DNA of 64,000 nucleotides from Rhodoluna sp. (GTDB lineage Bacteria; Actinomycetota; Actinomycetes; Actinomycetales; Microbacteriaceae): NCBI GenBank assembly GCA_044348705.1, contig JBIKSH010000005.1, positions 25,552-89,551 on the forward strand, written 5' to 3'. Shown here in pieces: positions 8,313 to 17,887 of this stretch. The position numbers and the translations under genes were made by a program. How positions within the stretch are numbered: position 1 is the stretch's first letter; each line of letters begins with the position of its first letter. Under the pieces are notes generated by a model. It did no database searches. It saw only the letters and a list, made by a program, of their open reading frames with translations, and was not told the origin of the DNA.

Positions 8313-8318
8313 ACTCTA
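8313..8318 (-). promoter_or_regulatory. Candidate -10 TAGAGT placed for a leaderless yqhA-like transcript
   Basis: The minus strand reads cGG-TAGAGT-gcagac-ATG. There are exactly 6 nt between the hexamer and the start codon and no SD is possible. This matches the geometry known for leaderless mRNAs in actinobacteria. Confidence 0.4.
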
Positions 8319-8387
8319 CCGAGCAAACTGCCTTAGTGAAAGAAACCCAGTCGGCGTTTGCAAGTGATTTTGGCTCTAGAAAGCAAG

Positions 8388-8460
8388 CGCCCTCGGTAGG
8401 AATCGAACCTACGACCAAGAGATTAGAAGGCTCTTGCTCTATCCACTGAGCTACGAGGGC
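8388..8460 (-). tRNA. tRNA-Arg (anticodon TCT)
   Basis: The reverse complement folds as GCCCTCG-TA-GCTC-AGTGGATA-GAGC-A-AGAGC-CTTCTAA-TCTCT-TGGTC-GTAGG-TTCGATT-CCTAC-CGAGGGC-G. 73 nt, one 31:39 C:T mismatch, CCA not encoded. Confidence 0.9.
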
Positions 8461-8568
8461 ATTGCGCTAAATAAACCTGGGCAGGAACAGTTTAATGCTC
8501 AGAGTTGTAGAAAACCGTGCCGATGAGAGATGCATTAGCTCTTTGGCGAGATTTGCTAGATTTTGTTT

Positions 8569-9117
8569 GTGCAAATCGAAACAGAACGCTTGATTCTGAG
8601 ACCCATGAAGCAGAGCGACGCGGCTGACTTGTTTGAGTATCAATCGAATGCGGAAATCGTCAGGTACATACCCTGGCCTGAAGGCACCGAAGAAACTGTT
8701 CAGAAACATATCGACCGGACTCTAGCCGAAAGCGTTACCGCCCCAAAAGAAGAAGGCGAGTACTTGGTTCTTGTCTGGCAGCTGAAATCTACCGGGAAAG
8801 TAATAGGCCAATCCAACCTGAACATCGAATCAATAGAACATAGCTGCGCCGAAATCGGCTGGGTGACACATCAAGATTTTCATCGGCAAGGCTATGCTCG
8901 CGAAGCATCCGTGGCGGTTCTTACGTATGCATTTGAGACGTTAGGAATTCACCGAGTCAAGGCGGTCATGGATACTCGTGCTCCAGGCTCTGCAGCCGTG
9001 GCAGCGAGTTTGGGCATGCGCAGAGAAGCCGAGTTCAAAGAGGTCGAATTCTTCAAGGGTGAGTGGTGTGACATGTGGAACTACGCGATTCTCAAATCAG
9101 AGTTTGAACGTCGGTAA
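8569..9117 (+). CDS. GNAT-family N-acetyltransferase (RimJ/RimL-like)
   Basis: N-terminus ..QIETERLILRPMKQSDAADLFEY.. and ..GWVTHQDFHRQGYAREA.. are typical of RimJ/RimL-type GNATs. The track starts at TTG 8563. I prefer GTG 8569 because TAGATT (8557-8562) sits exactly 6 nt upstream, which suggests a leaderless start. Confidence 0.8.
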   Translation: MQIETERLILRPMKQSDAADLFEYQSNAEIVRYIPWPEGTEETVQKHIDRTLAESVTAPKEEGEYLVLVWQLKSTGKVIGQSNLNIESIEHSCAEIGWVTHQDFHRQGYAREASVAVLTYAFETLGIHRVKAVMDTRAPGSAAVAASLGMRREAEFKEVEFFKGEWCDMWNYAILKSEFERR

Positions 9118-9141
9118 CCTGCCCCTGTTTAACACAGATCG

Positions 9142-10122
9142 TTACTTGTTCAGGTAGTCCCAGTGCTTGGCGATCGCATCGATGAACGCCTGCGGCTGCT
9201 CTTCTTGAGGCAAGTGAGCCGAGTTGGCGATAGTTTCGAGCTTGGAACCCTTTATCTTGCTGTTGAGCACTGGCGCATCTGAAGCGGCAACCACCGTGTC
9301 GTATTCACCAGTGATCACCAGAGTTGGCAAGTCGAGGTCGGCCAGGTTGTCACGCAACGGGTTCTCGTTCGGGGCAATCCTGAAGTTATAGAAAGCCTGC
9401 TCCCAGCCCTTGATCTTTAGCGGAAGCCGGTATCCGTCATAAACCGCCTGGGTCAGCTGGCTCTTGTCGTAGTAGCTCTCTTCGAGCAGTGCGTTGCCAG
9501 AGCTAGCAATTTCAGCCACCAAAATCGGCCCAAGTCGCTGCATCTGAGGCAAGTGGAAGAACCATTCGAATGGCCCAGAACCGCCACCAGAAGTCAAGAT
9601 GGCTGCGTCAAGAAGAACAAGCGACAGATTCGAGGATGCACGAGTGCGGGCATACTCACCAGCCAACGCTCCCCCGGCCGAGTGCCCCACGAGCACCACC
9701 TTGCGGTCGCTTGCGTACTTTGCAATCAAATCGTCGAGCAACAAAAAGTTGCCTTCGAGGCCGTAAGGGTTCTCGCCTTGCCACTCAGTTGGGCGCTCGG
9801 TGAGACCAAATGCAGGGCGGTCATAAGAAATAACGTCGCCGAAAGCGGCCAAAGGCTGCGAAACTTCACGCCAGCTGTATGTGCTCGCGCCAAAACCGTG
9901 CATCAGCACGATCAACGGTGGGGTGCAGCCGCAATCACCCGTGTATTCGGTTCGCGCGATGCGAACATCCAAGCCATTCAATTCAACAAACTCAGCGCCC
10001 GGCTCGGCCTGCGCCGGGGTCAATGAGCCAGATGACTCAAAGGGAATCAAAAAAGGAACGATTAGAAACGAGAGAACGCCTGCCAATAGCGCGCGCCACA
10101 TTATTTTGCGAAACGTCTTCAT
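9142..10122 (-). CDS. Membrane-anchored alpha/beta-fold hydrolase (326 aa)
   Basis: N-terminal hydrophobic anchor (ALLAGVLSFLIVPFLIPF), HGFGAS oxyanion region, GHSAGG nucleophile elbow, C-terminal ..NSAHLPQEE.. His motif. Confidence 0.8.
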   Translation of the reverse strand: MKTFRKIMWRALLAGVLSFLIVPFLIPFESSGSLTPAQAEPGAEFVELNGLDVRIARTEYTGDCGCTPPLIVLMHGFGASTYSWREVSQPLAAFGDVISYDRPAFGLTERPTEWQGENPYGLEGNFLLLDDLIAKYASDRKVVLVGHSAGGALAGEYARTRASSNLSLVLLDAAILTSGGGSGPFEWFFHLPQMQRLGPILVAEIASSGNALLEESYYDKSQLTQAVYDGYRLPLKIKGWEQAFYNFRIAPNENPLRDNLADLDLPTLVITGEYDTVVAASDAPVLNSKIKGSKLETIANSAHLPQEEQPQAFIDAIAKHWDYLNK

Positions 10123-10277
10123 GGATGCAGTGTAAACCTGCGCCGCGCGTTGATGCCCGATTACCGCCTGTGCAGTTCACATGAAACGTTCAGAAAGCTG
10201 CACTAACTTTGGCGGGTTGCGGAATAAAGGTGCCGAATCGGTGGCTTAAACACTGCGACTCATCTCGAAAGAAGCTC

Positions 10278-13200
10278 ATGCACAAACTTGCCAAACTAAG
10301 CCTCGCAAACCGCTCAGTGGTTGCCCTTGCAACCGCCATCATCGCGGTTTTCGGCTTGGTCTCACTCGGTTCACTCAAACAAGAGTTGATTCCGTCGTTC
10401 GAGACCCCTCAGGCTGCAATCGTTACCACCTACGTGGGCGCATCGCCTGAAATTATCGATAAGCAGGTTAGCCAGCCGATCGAAGAGGCAGTTCGCAAGC
10501 TTGACGGCTTGGTTTCATCGACCTCGACCTCGCAGAACAACATTTCTGTCGTTCGTGTCGAGTTTGACTACGGCACCAAGTCAGCCGCTGTCACCGAAGA
10601 CCTAAACGCTGCGCTCGCAACCCTCAAAGGCGTGCTTCCTGACGAAGCGGATGCGCAAATTCTGTCTGGCTCGTTCGACAGTGTGCCAATCATCGCCCTG
10701 GGTATCGCGTCTGACGACAACGAAGCGCTTGGCAAGATTTTGGCCGACGTGGCCACCCCAATTCTCTCTGGGGTTCCTGGAGTGCGTGAAGTTGCCGTGA
10801 GCGGCATCACCGAAAAGCGCGTGAACCTGGAGCTCAAGCAGAGCGTTCTGACTGCAAACGGACTAACTCAACAAAACATTGTGACCGCGTTGCAGTCGAA
10901 CGGCTTTGTGATTCCGGCCGGCACTCTAACCGACGGAAGCGGAAACATTTCTGTTGAAGTTGGCACCACCGTTGAATCGCTAAAGGCCTTCAAAGACCTG
11001 CCTCTGATTTCGAGTAGCACTGGCTCGCTGTCGGGTCTGTTTGGTGGCGGCACAACGACTACCCCGAGCATCCCGGGTATGCCTTCGATTCCTAGCGTTC
11101 CTGCAGCTCCGAAGCCGACCTTGACTGTCTCGGATGTCGCAGACGTAACTTATGAGAATGCGCCGGTTGCCAGCATTGCCCGCGTAAACGGAAGCGAAGT
11201 TCTGACTATCGCAATCACCAAGACCCAAGATGGCAACACCGTTGCCGTTTCACACGGAGTGCAAGACAAGATTGCTGAGCTGAAAGAGAAGTTGGGCGAT
11301 GTAACCATCACCACTATCTTCGACCAGGCTCCGTTTGTCGAGCAGTCACTTGAGAACCTAACCACCGAGGGCTTGCTGGGTCTAACCTTTGCGATTCTCA
11401 TCATTCTGGTCTTCTTGCTTTCGTTCAGGTCGACCGCCGTTACGGCAATTTCGATTCCGACTTCGGTGCTCATCACCTTTATCGGTCTCTACGCTCTCGA
11501 CTACTCACTCAACCTCTTCACACTGAGCGCTTTGACTATTGCGATTGGTCGTGTTGTGGATGACTCGATTGTGGTTATTGAGAACATCAACCGTCACCTC
11601 TCTTATGGTGAGCCGAAGAAGAAGGCCGTTCTAAACGCGGTAAAGGAAGTTTCTGGGGCAATCACCGCCGCAACAATCACCACTGTGGCCGTGTTCTTGC
11701 CAATCGCTTTGGTTGGCGGACTAGTTGGAGAGCTGTTCAGACCGTTCTCGTTCACCTTCGCCATCGCCCTATTGGCTTCGTTACTCGTATCGTTGACCAT
11801 CGTTCCTGTTCTCGCTTACTGGTTCATGAAGGCTCCAAAGGCCCTTGCCAACGAGACCGACCCTGTTAAGGCTGCAAAGATCGCCGAAGAACTGCGGGAA
11901 GTTGAAGAAGCCAAGGAGCGTCGCTCATGGCTGCAACGCGGTTACCTTCCGATTCTCAAGTCGACTCAAAAGCACCCGGTCATCACCGTGGTTTCATCGT
12001 TCATGATTTTGGTGTTCACCTTTGGGCTCGTACCACTGCTGAAGACCGACTTCATCGGCGGTTCAGGCTCTGCAGGCTTCGTGGTCAACCAAGAACTCAA
12101 GCCGGGTGCAACCCTCAAGCAAGAATCTGAGGCTGCATCAAAGCTTGAAGACATCGTGCTCAAGATTGACGGCGTTGATGTTGTTCAGACCACAATCGGC
12201 TCGAGCGGCGATGGCCGTGTTGCCTTCGGTGCTGCTGCAGGTGGAATCACCATGCAGATCATCGTCGAAGATGGCTTCGACGTAACCGAGGTTCAAAATG
12301 CCGTAACCAAGGCTTCGGCTGGCAAGGAAGAGCTCGGAACCCTGAAGTTCGGCACCGGTGGTGGCGGATTCTCTGGCTCTAGCACCATCGACATCAAGCT
12401 CACTGCTAAAGATGACAAGGCTCTCGAGGTCGGCATTGCCGAAATCGAGAAGAGTATGAAGGGCATCGCTGGAGTTAGCGAGATTACCAACTCGCTAGCT
12501 TCGAAGGAGCGCACCCTAAAGGTGAAGGTTGACCGCATGGCAGCCGCCCGCCTGGGTCTAACCGAGGTTGCCGTTGGTGGTCTTGTGTCTTCTCAGATGC
12601 GCCCATCGAGCATCGGCAACCTAAATGTTGACGGTAACTCGACCCCGATTTACGTTGTGAAGACGAACATCCCTGACACCGTTTCAGAGGTTCGTGCGAT
12701 TCGTATTCCAACCGCAAGCGGCACTGTGTCGCTTGACTCGATCGCCGACATTTACCTAACCAAGGTTCCGGTTTCGATCACCAGCGAAAAGGGCGACCGC
12801 ACCGCAAAGGTGTCGCTAACCCCAGACAGCGACAACCTGGGAGCACTCGCGGCCGAGGTTGACAAGCGTCTAGGCGAGGCCAAGTTGCCGCTCGGTGTGA
12901 CCGCATCTGTCGGTGGTGTAACCGCATCGCAGGCTGAATCTTTCGGTCAGTTGGGCCTAGCCCTTCTAGCTGCAATCGCGATCGTGTTCATCGTTATGGT
13001 GGCCACGTTCTCGAGCATCCGCCAGCCACTGGTTCTGCTGATCTCGATTCCGTTCGCTGCCACCGGTGCACTCGGCTTCTTGCTACTAACTGACACTCCA
13101 CTGGGCGTTTCGGCACTTATCGGTATGTTGTTGCTGGTCGGCATCGTGGTCACCAACGCGATTGTGTTGATCGACCTGATCAACCAGTACCGCAAGCAGG

Positions 13201-13520
13201 GTCGCCCGATTCAAGACGCAATCATGGATGGCGCGCGCCAACGCTTGCGTCCGATTCTGATGACCGCGCTAGCGACCATCTTCGCGCTGACTCCGATGGC
13301 ACTGGGTATTACCGGTGGTGGCGGATTCATCTCGCAGCCGCTAGCAATCGTGGTTATCGGTGGACTGTTCTCGTCGACCGTGCTGACCCTGGTTATTGTT
13401 CCAGTGCTCTACTGGCTCACCGAGGGTGGCAAAGAGCGCAAGGTTATCAAAACCGAGAAGCGTGCGGCTCGCAAGGCTGCAAAGGCCAGCAAAGCATCCG
13501 AGCAGGTGGCAACGGCCTAA
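10278..13520 (+). CDS. RND-superfamily efflux transporter permease (AcrB/SwrC-like, about 1080 aa)
   Basis: It has 12-TM RND architecture with two large extracytoplasmic loops. N-terminus MHKLAKLSLANRSVVALATAIIAVFG and motifs ..AIGRVVDDSIVVIENI.. and ..GIVVTNAIVLIDLINQYR... The track start at 10209 adds 23 non-hydrophobic residues, so ATG 10278 is preferred. No adjacent periplasmic adaptor or outer-membrane factor gene. Confidence 0.85.
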   Translation: MHKLAKLSLANRSVVALATAIIAVFGLVSLGSLKQELIPSFETPQAAIVTTYVGASPEIIDKQVSQPIEEAVRKLDGLVSSTSTSQNNISVVRVEFDYGTKSAAVTEDLNAALATLKGVLPDEADAQILSGSFDSVPIIALGIASDDNEALGKILADVATPILSGVPGVREVAVSGITEKRVNLELKQSVLTANGLTQQNIVTALQSNGFVIPAGTLTDGSGNISVEVGTTVESLKAFKDLPLISSSTGSLSGLFGGGTTTTPSIPGMPSIPSVPAAPKPTLTVSDVADVTYENAPVASIARVNGSEVLTIAITKTQDGNTVAVSHGVQDKIAELKEKLGDVTITTIFDQAPFVEQSLENLTTEGLLGLTFAILIILVFLLSFRSTAVTAISIPTSVLITFIGLYALDYSLNLFTLSALTIAIGRVVDDSIVVIENINRHLSYGEPKKKAVLNAVKEVSGAITAATITTVAVFLPIALVGGLVGELFRPFSFTFAIALLASLLVSLTIVPVLAYWFMKAPKALANETDPVKAAKIAEELREVEEAKERRSWLQRGYLPILKSTQKHPVITVVSSFMILVFTFGLVPLLKTDFIGGSGSAGFVVNQELKPGATLKQESEAASKLEDIVLKIDGVDVVQTTIGSSGDGRVAFGAAAGGITMQIIVEDGFDVTEVQNAVTKASAGKEELGTLKFGTGGGGFSGSSTIDIKLTAKDDKALEVGIAEIEKSMKGIAGVSEITNSLASKERTLKVKVDRMAAARLGLTEVAVGGLVSSQMRPSSIGNLNVDGNSTPIYVVKTNIPDTVSEVRAIRIPTASGTVSLDSIADIYLTKVPVSITSEKGDRTAKVSLTPDSDNLGALAAEVDKRLGEAKLPLGVTASVGGVTASQAESFGQLGLALLAAIAIVFIVMVATFSSIRQPLVLLISIPFAATGALGFLLLTDTPLGVSALIGMLLLVGIVVTNAIVLIDLINQYRKQGRPIQDAIMDGARQRLRPILMTALATIFALTPMALGITGGGGFISQPLAIVVIGGLFSSTVLTLVIVPVLYWLTEGGKERKVIKTEKRAARKAAKASKASEQVATA

Positions 13521-13554
13521 GGGTCTGAGCTGGCTCGCTGTTCGGGCTAAAATT

Positions 13555-13595
13555 GGGAGGTCTCCGATAAGTGTCGGAGGCCTCCCCTAGTTTTT
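13555..13595 (+). terminator. Rho-independent terminator after the RND gene
   Basis: GGGAGGTCTCCGA-taagtg-TCGGAGGCCTCCC forms a 13-bp stem (one G:T pair), followed by CTAGTTTTT. Confidence 0.7.
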
Positions 13596-13600
13596 GGTGT

Positions 13601-14215
13601 GTGATTTCTATTTCTGAAAACCTCGTCTGGATCGACTGCGAGATGACCGGCCTCGACGCCGATAAAGACTGCCTTGTCGAGATCGCCGTGGTCATCACCG
13701 ACTCCGAACTCAATGTGGTTGATGAGGGCATCGACCTCGTCATCAAGCCTCGCGAAGACTCGCTCGCTAACATGGGTGACTTCGTGCGAAACATGCACAC
13801 CGAGTCTGGGCTTATCAACGAGTTTGAGAATGGCCTAGAACTAGAAGACGCCGAGCGTATTGTGCTCGAATACATTCAGCGCTTTGTGCCTGAGGCAAAG
13901 AACACCCCACTGGCCGGCAACACAATCGGCACCGACCGGTTATTCATTGCCAAGTACATGCCAAAAGTGGATGCTCACCTGCACTACCGCTCAATCGACG
14001 TTTCTTCGATCAAAGAGTTGAGCCGTCGCTGGTATCCGCGTGTTTACTTTCAAATGCCAAAGAAAGACGGAGGGCACCGCGCCCTCGCTGACATTCTTGA
14101 TTCGATTCGTGAACTTCGCTACTACCGCGAGACAGTTTTTGTCGAAACGCCTGGGCCTTCATCGGCTGAAGCGCAGTTGGCAGCCGAAAAAGTCTCACAG
14201 GAGAAACCGAACTAA
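13601..14215 (+). CDS. orn: Oligoribonuclease
   Basis: ..[66 protein letters not shown] aligns with E. coli Orn. The track start at 13571 lies inside the terminator hairpin, so GTG 13601 is preferred. Confidence 0.9.
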   Translation: MISISENLVWIDCEMTGLDADKDCLVEIAVVITDSELNVVDEGIDLVIKPREDSLANMGDFVRNMHTESGLINEFENGLELEDAERIVLEYIQRFVPEAKNTPLAGNTIGTDRLFIAKYMPKVDAHLHYRSIDVSSIKELSRRWYPRVYFQMPKKDGGHRALADILDSIRELRYYRETVFVETPGPSSAEAQLAAEKVSQEKPN

Positions 14216-14247
14216 CTGATAGACTCTAGAGGTTGCTTCGGCATCAT

Positions 14248-14324
14248 GGTGGGTATAGCTCAGCTGGTAGAGCGCCTGGTTGTGGTCCAGGAAGTCGCGG
14301 GTTCAAGTCCCGTTACTCACCCCA
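14248..14324 (+). tRNA. tRNA-His (anticodon GTG) with encoded G-1 and CCA
   Basis: G-GTGGGTA-TA-GCTC-AGCTGGTA-GAGC-G-CCTGG-TTGTGGT-CCAGG-AAGTC-GCGGG-TTCAAGT-CCCGT-TACTCAC-C-CCA. The extra 5' G pairs with C73, which is the His identity feature. Confidence 0.93.
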
Positions 14325-14330
14325 AGAATT

Positions 14331-14375
14331 GAAAAACCCCGCAGATCTTTTGGTCGGCGGGGTTTTCACTTTTTT
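14331..14375. terminator. Bidirectional rho-independent terminator (tRNA-His / gatB)
   Basis: AACCCCGC (14335-14342), 14-nt loop, GCGGGGTT (14357-14364). Flanked by a T-run on the plus strand (TTTTCACTTTTTT) and an A-run upstream, which reads as a T-run on the minus strand. Confidence 0.7.
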
Positions 14376-14380
14376 AGCGA

Positions 14381-15886
14381 CTATTGAGCGTTGGCTCGCT
14401 CGATGAGCAGTTCACGAACTCGGGCAGCGTCTGCCTGCCCCTTCATGGCCTTCATCACTGCACCGATAACTGCACCCGCGGCCTGCATACGGCCTTCGCG
14501 AATGGCATCGATTACGTCAGGCTGAGTGGCCAAGGCTTCATCGATTGCAGCCAGCAGGGCACCGTCATCCGAGACGACTTCAAGCCCCTTAGCAGAGACG
14601 ATCTCAGCTGGTGAACCTTCGCCGGCCAACACCGCGGCAAGAACCTCGCGACCGATACGGTCATTGATCTTGCCAGCCTCGACTAGCGATGCCAATTCGG
14701 CAATCTGAGTAGGCGTCACGTTTAGGTCAGCGACATCCTTCTCTTCGGAGTTGGCAACTCGAGCGACCTCACCGGTCCACCACTTGCGTGCAGCCTGAGG
14801 CTTCGCGCCCGCAGCCACGGTTTCTTCGATCTGGTCGAGAAGGCCGCTGTTCACAACATCCCTGAATTCAAGCTCGCTGAAGCCCCACTCCCCTGCCAAA
14901 CGCTTGCGGCGGTCGGCCGGGTTCTCTGGTAGCGAAGCGCGAATCGACTCGATGAGTTCGTGCGATGGCTGAACCGGCACCAGGTCTGGCTCAGGAAAGT
15001 AGCGGTAGTCATCGGCGTCAGACTTTGGGCGACCACTGCTGGTGATGCCGCGGTCTTCGTGCCAGTGACGGGTCTCTTGAGTGATTGACCCACCAGCGGC
15101 AAGAATGTGCGCCTGGCGCTGAATCTCGTAGCGTACAGCGCGCTCGATTGAGCGAAGCGAGTTCACGTTCTTTGTCTCGGTGCGCGTGCCCAGCTTTTCG
15201 GCTCCGTGGCGACGCAGCGAAACGTTTGCGTCACAGCGGACGTTACCGCGCTCCATGCGAGCGTCAGAAACGCCAAGCGCTTTCACAATTTCACGGATGC
15301 TGCGCACGTACGCTGCCGCCAACTCAGGTGCCTCTGCGCCCGCGCCAAGCACCGGCTTCGTGACGATTTCGACCAGAGGAACACCGGCACGGTTGTAGTC
15401 AACCAGCGAATACTCGGCACCGTGGATGCGACCGGTGTTTCCACCGACGTGAGTCAGCTTGCCAGCATCCTCTTCCATGTGAGCTCGCTCGATGGCAACT
15501 GTGAAGACATTGCCGCTTGGAACCTCGATGTCGATGGTTCCTTCGAACGCAATCGGCTCGTCGTACTGCGAGGTCTGAAAGTTCTTCGCAAGGTCAGGGT
15601 AGAAGTAGTTCTTGCGCGAGAAGCGGCCGTTAGGCGCAATCGAGCATCCGAGTGAAAGACCGATGGCAATCGATGATTCGACCGCACGTCGGTTCACCGC
15701 TGGCAACGAACCTGGAAGGCCGATGCAGATTGGGCAAACGTTGGTGTTTGGCTCGTCACCGAAGTCGTTGCGGCAACCGCAGAACATCTTGGTCTTGGTA
15801 TTCAACTCAACGTGAACCTCTAGACCGATGACAACTTCAAACTGCTCGAGCGCTTGCTCGTAGTTCATGAGTTCAGCTTTGGCCAC
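14381..15886 (-). CDS. gatB: Asp/Glu-tRNA(Asn/Gln) amidotransferase subunit B
   Basis: 501 aa. ..YE.VIGLEVHVELNT.TKMFCGC.. N-terminus and a GatB/YqeY C-terminal domain. Last gene in the gatC-gatA-gatB order. Confidence 0.95.
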   Translation of the reverse strand: MAKAELMNYEQALEQFEVVIGLEVHVELNTKTKMFCGCRNDFGDEPNTNVCPICIGLPGSLPAVNRRAVESSIAIGLSLGCSIAPNGRFSRKNYFYPDLAKNFQTSQYDEPIAFEGTIDIEVPSGNVFTVAIERAHMEEDAGKLTHVGGNTGRIHGAEYSLVDYNRAGVPLVEIVTKPVLGAGAEAPELAAAYVRSIREIVKALGVSDARMERGNVRCDANVSLRRHGAEKLGTRTETKNVNSLRSIERAVRYEIQRQAHILAAGGSITQETRHWHEDRGITSSGRPKSDADDYRYFPEPDLVPVQPSHELIESIRASLPENPADRRKRLAGEWGFSELEFRDVVNSGLLDQIEETVAAGAKPQAARKWWTGEVARVANSEEKDVADLNVTPTQIAELASLVEAGKINDRIGREVLAAVLAGEGSPAEIVSAKGLEVVSDDGALLAAIDEALATQPDVIDAIREGRMQAAGAVIGAVMKAMKGQADAARVRELLIERANAQ

Positions 15887-15888
15887 GG

Positions 15889-17394
15889 TTATGCACCAAC
15901 TTTCAACTCTGGAGCGAAATCAATCATTCGCTTGCCCCAAACCTCTTCGTGCCAAGCCTCGAGTGCTGCGCCAACTCGGTAGAGTCGGGCATCTTCGCGC
16001 GCCGGTGCAAGAATCTGCAGACCGCTCGGTAGGCCATCTTCGTCGGCTAGGCCGTTCGGAATCGACATGCCAGGAATGCCGGCCAGGTTGGCAGGGATGG
16101 TCGCGATGTCGTTTAGGTACATGGCCAGTGGGTCGTCGATCTTTTCGCCGAACTTGAACGCGGTGGTCGGAGCGGTTGGCGAAACCAACACGTCTGCCTT
16201 TGCGAAAGCAGTTGCTAGATCGCGCTGGATGAGCGTGCGAACCTTCTGCGCACTGCCGTAGTAAGCGTCGAAGTAACCGCTTGATAGGGCGTAGGTGCCC
16301 AGGATGATGCGTCGCTTTACCTCTGGGCCAAAGCCGGCCTCACGGGTAGCAGCCATCACACGTTCGATGGTTGGGTTGCCCTCGGGAGTGACGCGAAGAC
16401 CGAAACGAACGCTGTCGAACTTGGCCAGGTTGCTCGAAGCTTCGGCCGGCAAGATCAGGTAGTACGCGGCGATGGCGTATTCAAACGACGGGCAGTCAAC
16501 TTCAACGATTTCGGCACCATTCTTGGCCAGAAGCGCGAGGCTATCGTCGAATCGAGCCTTAACGCCGGGCTGAAAACCAGCTCCAGAGAGTTGCTTGATT
16601 ACACCGATGCGCATTCCGGCAACCGAGCGGTTAGCAGCAGCTTCGGCCATTGAGCCAAGCGACTCTGGTAGCGAAGTGCTGTCGTGTGGGTCGTGGCCAG
16701 CAATTACGTCTTGTAGCAAAGCCGCATCGAGCACGTTACGGCTAACCGGGCCGATCTGGTCGAGCGACGAGGCAAGAGCAATCAAGCCGTAGCGCGAAAC
16801 TGCGCCGTAGGTTGGCTTGGTGCCAACTGTTCCGGTAACTGCTCCAGGGAAGCGAATCGAACCACCGGTGTCGCTGCCGATGGCTAGCGGGGCGGTAAAA
16901 CCTGCAACTGCCGACGATGAGCCACCGCCAGAACCACCAGGAATGCGGTCGGTGTCCCACGGGTTGCGGCTTGGGCCGTATGCCGAGAACTCTGTCGAAG
17001 AACCCATAGCGAATTCGTCCAGGTTGGTCTTGCCCAGAATCGGCATGAGCTCGTTGCGAAGCTTGGTGACGACTGTTGCGTCGTACTGCGGCACCCAACC
17101 CTCGAGAATTTTCGAACCGGCGGTTGTAGGAGCGTCGGTGGTGGTGAGGTTGTCCTTGACCGCGATTGGCAAACCCGCCAACTTCGGTAGCGACTCACCA
17201 GTGGCACGGCGACGGTCCACGTTGGCGGCAACCTTCAGCGCAGCATCCGCTGTGACATGCAGGTAAGAGTTTAGGGTGCCGTTTACCGCAGCGATGCGGT
17301 CTAGGTGCGCCTGAGTTACTTCAACCGACGAAACCTCGCCAGAAGCCATGAGCGAAACGAGTTCGGCGGCATTCTTTTTGATTAGTTCAGACAT
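15889..17394 (-). CDS. gatA: Asp/Glu-tRNA(Asn/Gln) amidotransferase subunit A
   Basis: 501 aa. Amidase signature ..[22 protein letters not shown]. Its stop lies 2 nt before the gatB start. Confidence 0.95.
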   Translation of the reverse strand: MSELIKKNAAELVSLMASGEVSSVEVTQAHLDRIAAVNGTLNSYLHVTADAALKVAANVDRRRATGESLPKLAGLPIAVKDNLTTTDAPTTAGSKILEGWVPQYDATVVTKLRNELMPILGKTNLDEFAMGSSTEFSAYGPSRNPWDTDRIPGGSGGGSSSAVAGFTAPLAIGSDTGGSIRFPGAVTGTVGTKPTYGAVSRYGLIALASSLDQIGPVSRNVLDAALLQDVIAGHDPHDSTSLPESLGSMAEAAANRSVAGMRIGVIKQLSGAGFQPGVKARFDDSLALLAKNGAEIVEVDCPSFEYAIAAYYLILPAEASSNLAKFDSVRFGLRVTPEGNPTIERVMAATREAGFGPEVKRRIILGTYALSSGYFDAYYGSAQKVRTLIQRDLATAFAKADVLVSPTAPTTAFKFGEKIDDPLAMYLNDIATIPANLAGIPGMSIPNGLADEDGLPSGLQILAPAREDARLYRVGAALEAWHEEVWGKRMIDFAPELKVGA

Positions 17395-17397
17395 GGC

Positions 17398-17694
17398 CTA
17401 CTCCTCGTCCAAAATGGCGGCGACGCGGAATCGGCCCTGATCGCTGTCGGCAGCGCCAGAAAGCGCCTGCTCTTGGGTAAGCGATGGCTCGACGATGTCT
17501 TCGCGAAACACGTTTGCCATTGGAATCGGGTGGCTAGTGGCCGGCACATCGCCCTGAACGGCCTTGTTTACCGTGGCGACCGAGTCGACAATCACGGCCA
17601 ACTGGGCCGCAAGGCGTTCGGCCTCTTCATCGGTGACTTGGATGCGCGCCAAACTGGCCAAGTGGCGCACCAGGTCGGGGGTAAGTTCAGACAT
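17398..17694 (-). CDS. gatC: Asp/Glu-tRNA(Asn/Gln) amidotransferase subunit C
   Basis: A 98-aa product from ATG 17694 (MSELTPDLVRHLASLARIQVTDEE..). The 57-aa N-terminal extension in the ORF track (to 17865) has no GatC counterpart. Confidence 0.9.
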   Translation of the reverse strand: MSELTPDLVRHLASLARIQVTDEEAERLAAQLAVIVDSVATVNKAVQGDVPATSHPIPMANVFREDIVEPSLTQEQALSGAADSDQGRFRVAAILDEE

Positions 17695-17732
17695 AAATGG
17701 CTTTCGAGTTGATGCGAGCGGGGCTTGTCTCA

Positions 17733-17738
17733 AGTCTA
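17733..17738 (-). promoter_or_regulatory. Candidate -10 (GG)TAGACT, 38 nt upstream of gatC
   Basis: The minus strand reads cGGTAGACTTGAg. It is the same decamer as upstream of the 564-aa gene at 32383-32388. Confidence 0.35.
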
Positions 17739-17887
17739 CCGAAGCCCGTTTGCCTGAAGGCGACATAAGCCTGTTCCAATGTTCTCTAATAGGTATAAAC
17801 TCGTAAGTCGGCAACAAACAGCCACTTAGGCTGTGGTTTTGGGTGTCTAAGCCCACGCAATTCAAGCCTGCTAGGAGTTTTAGAGCG

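Noticed and set aside
6543-8460. Possibility that tRNA-Arg(TCT) marks a genomic-island integration site carrying the heliorhodopsin cluster and the adhesin
   Set aside because: I could find no integrase, no recombinase, no direct repeat of the tRNA 3' end, and no obvious compositional break by eye. The left boundary is outside the window. The idea cannot be supported from this sequence.
8467-8709. 80-aa minus-strand ORF next to tRNA-Arg
   Set aside because: It overlaps the GNAT gene 5' end on the opposite strand, has no recognisable features, and the region is better explained by the GNAT promoter and CDS.
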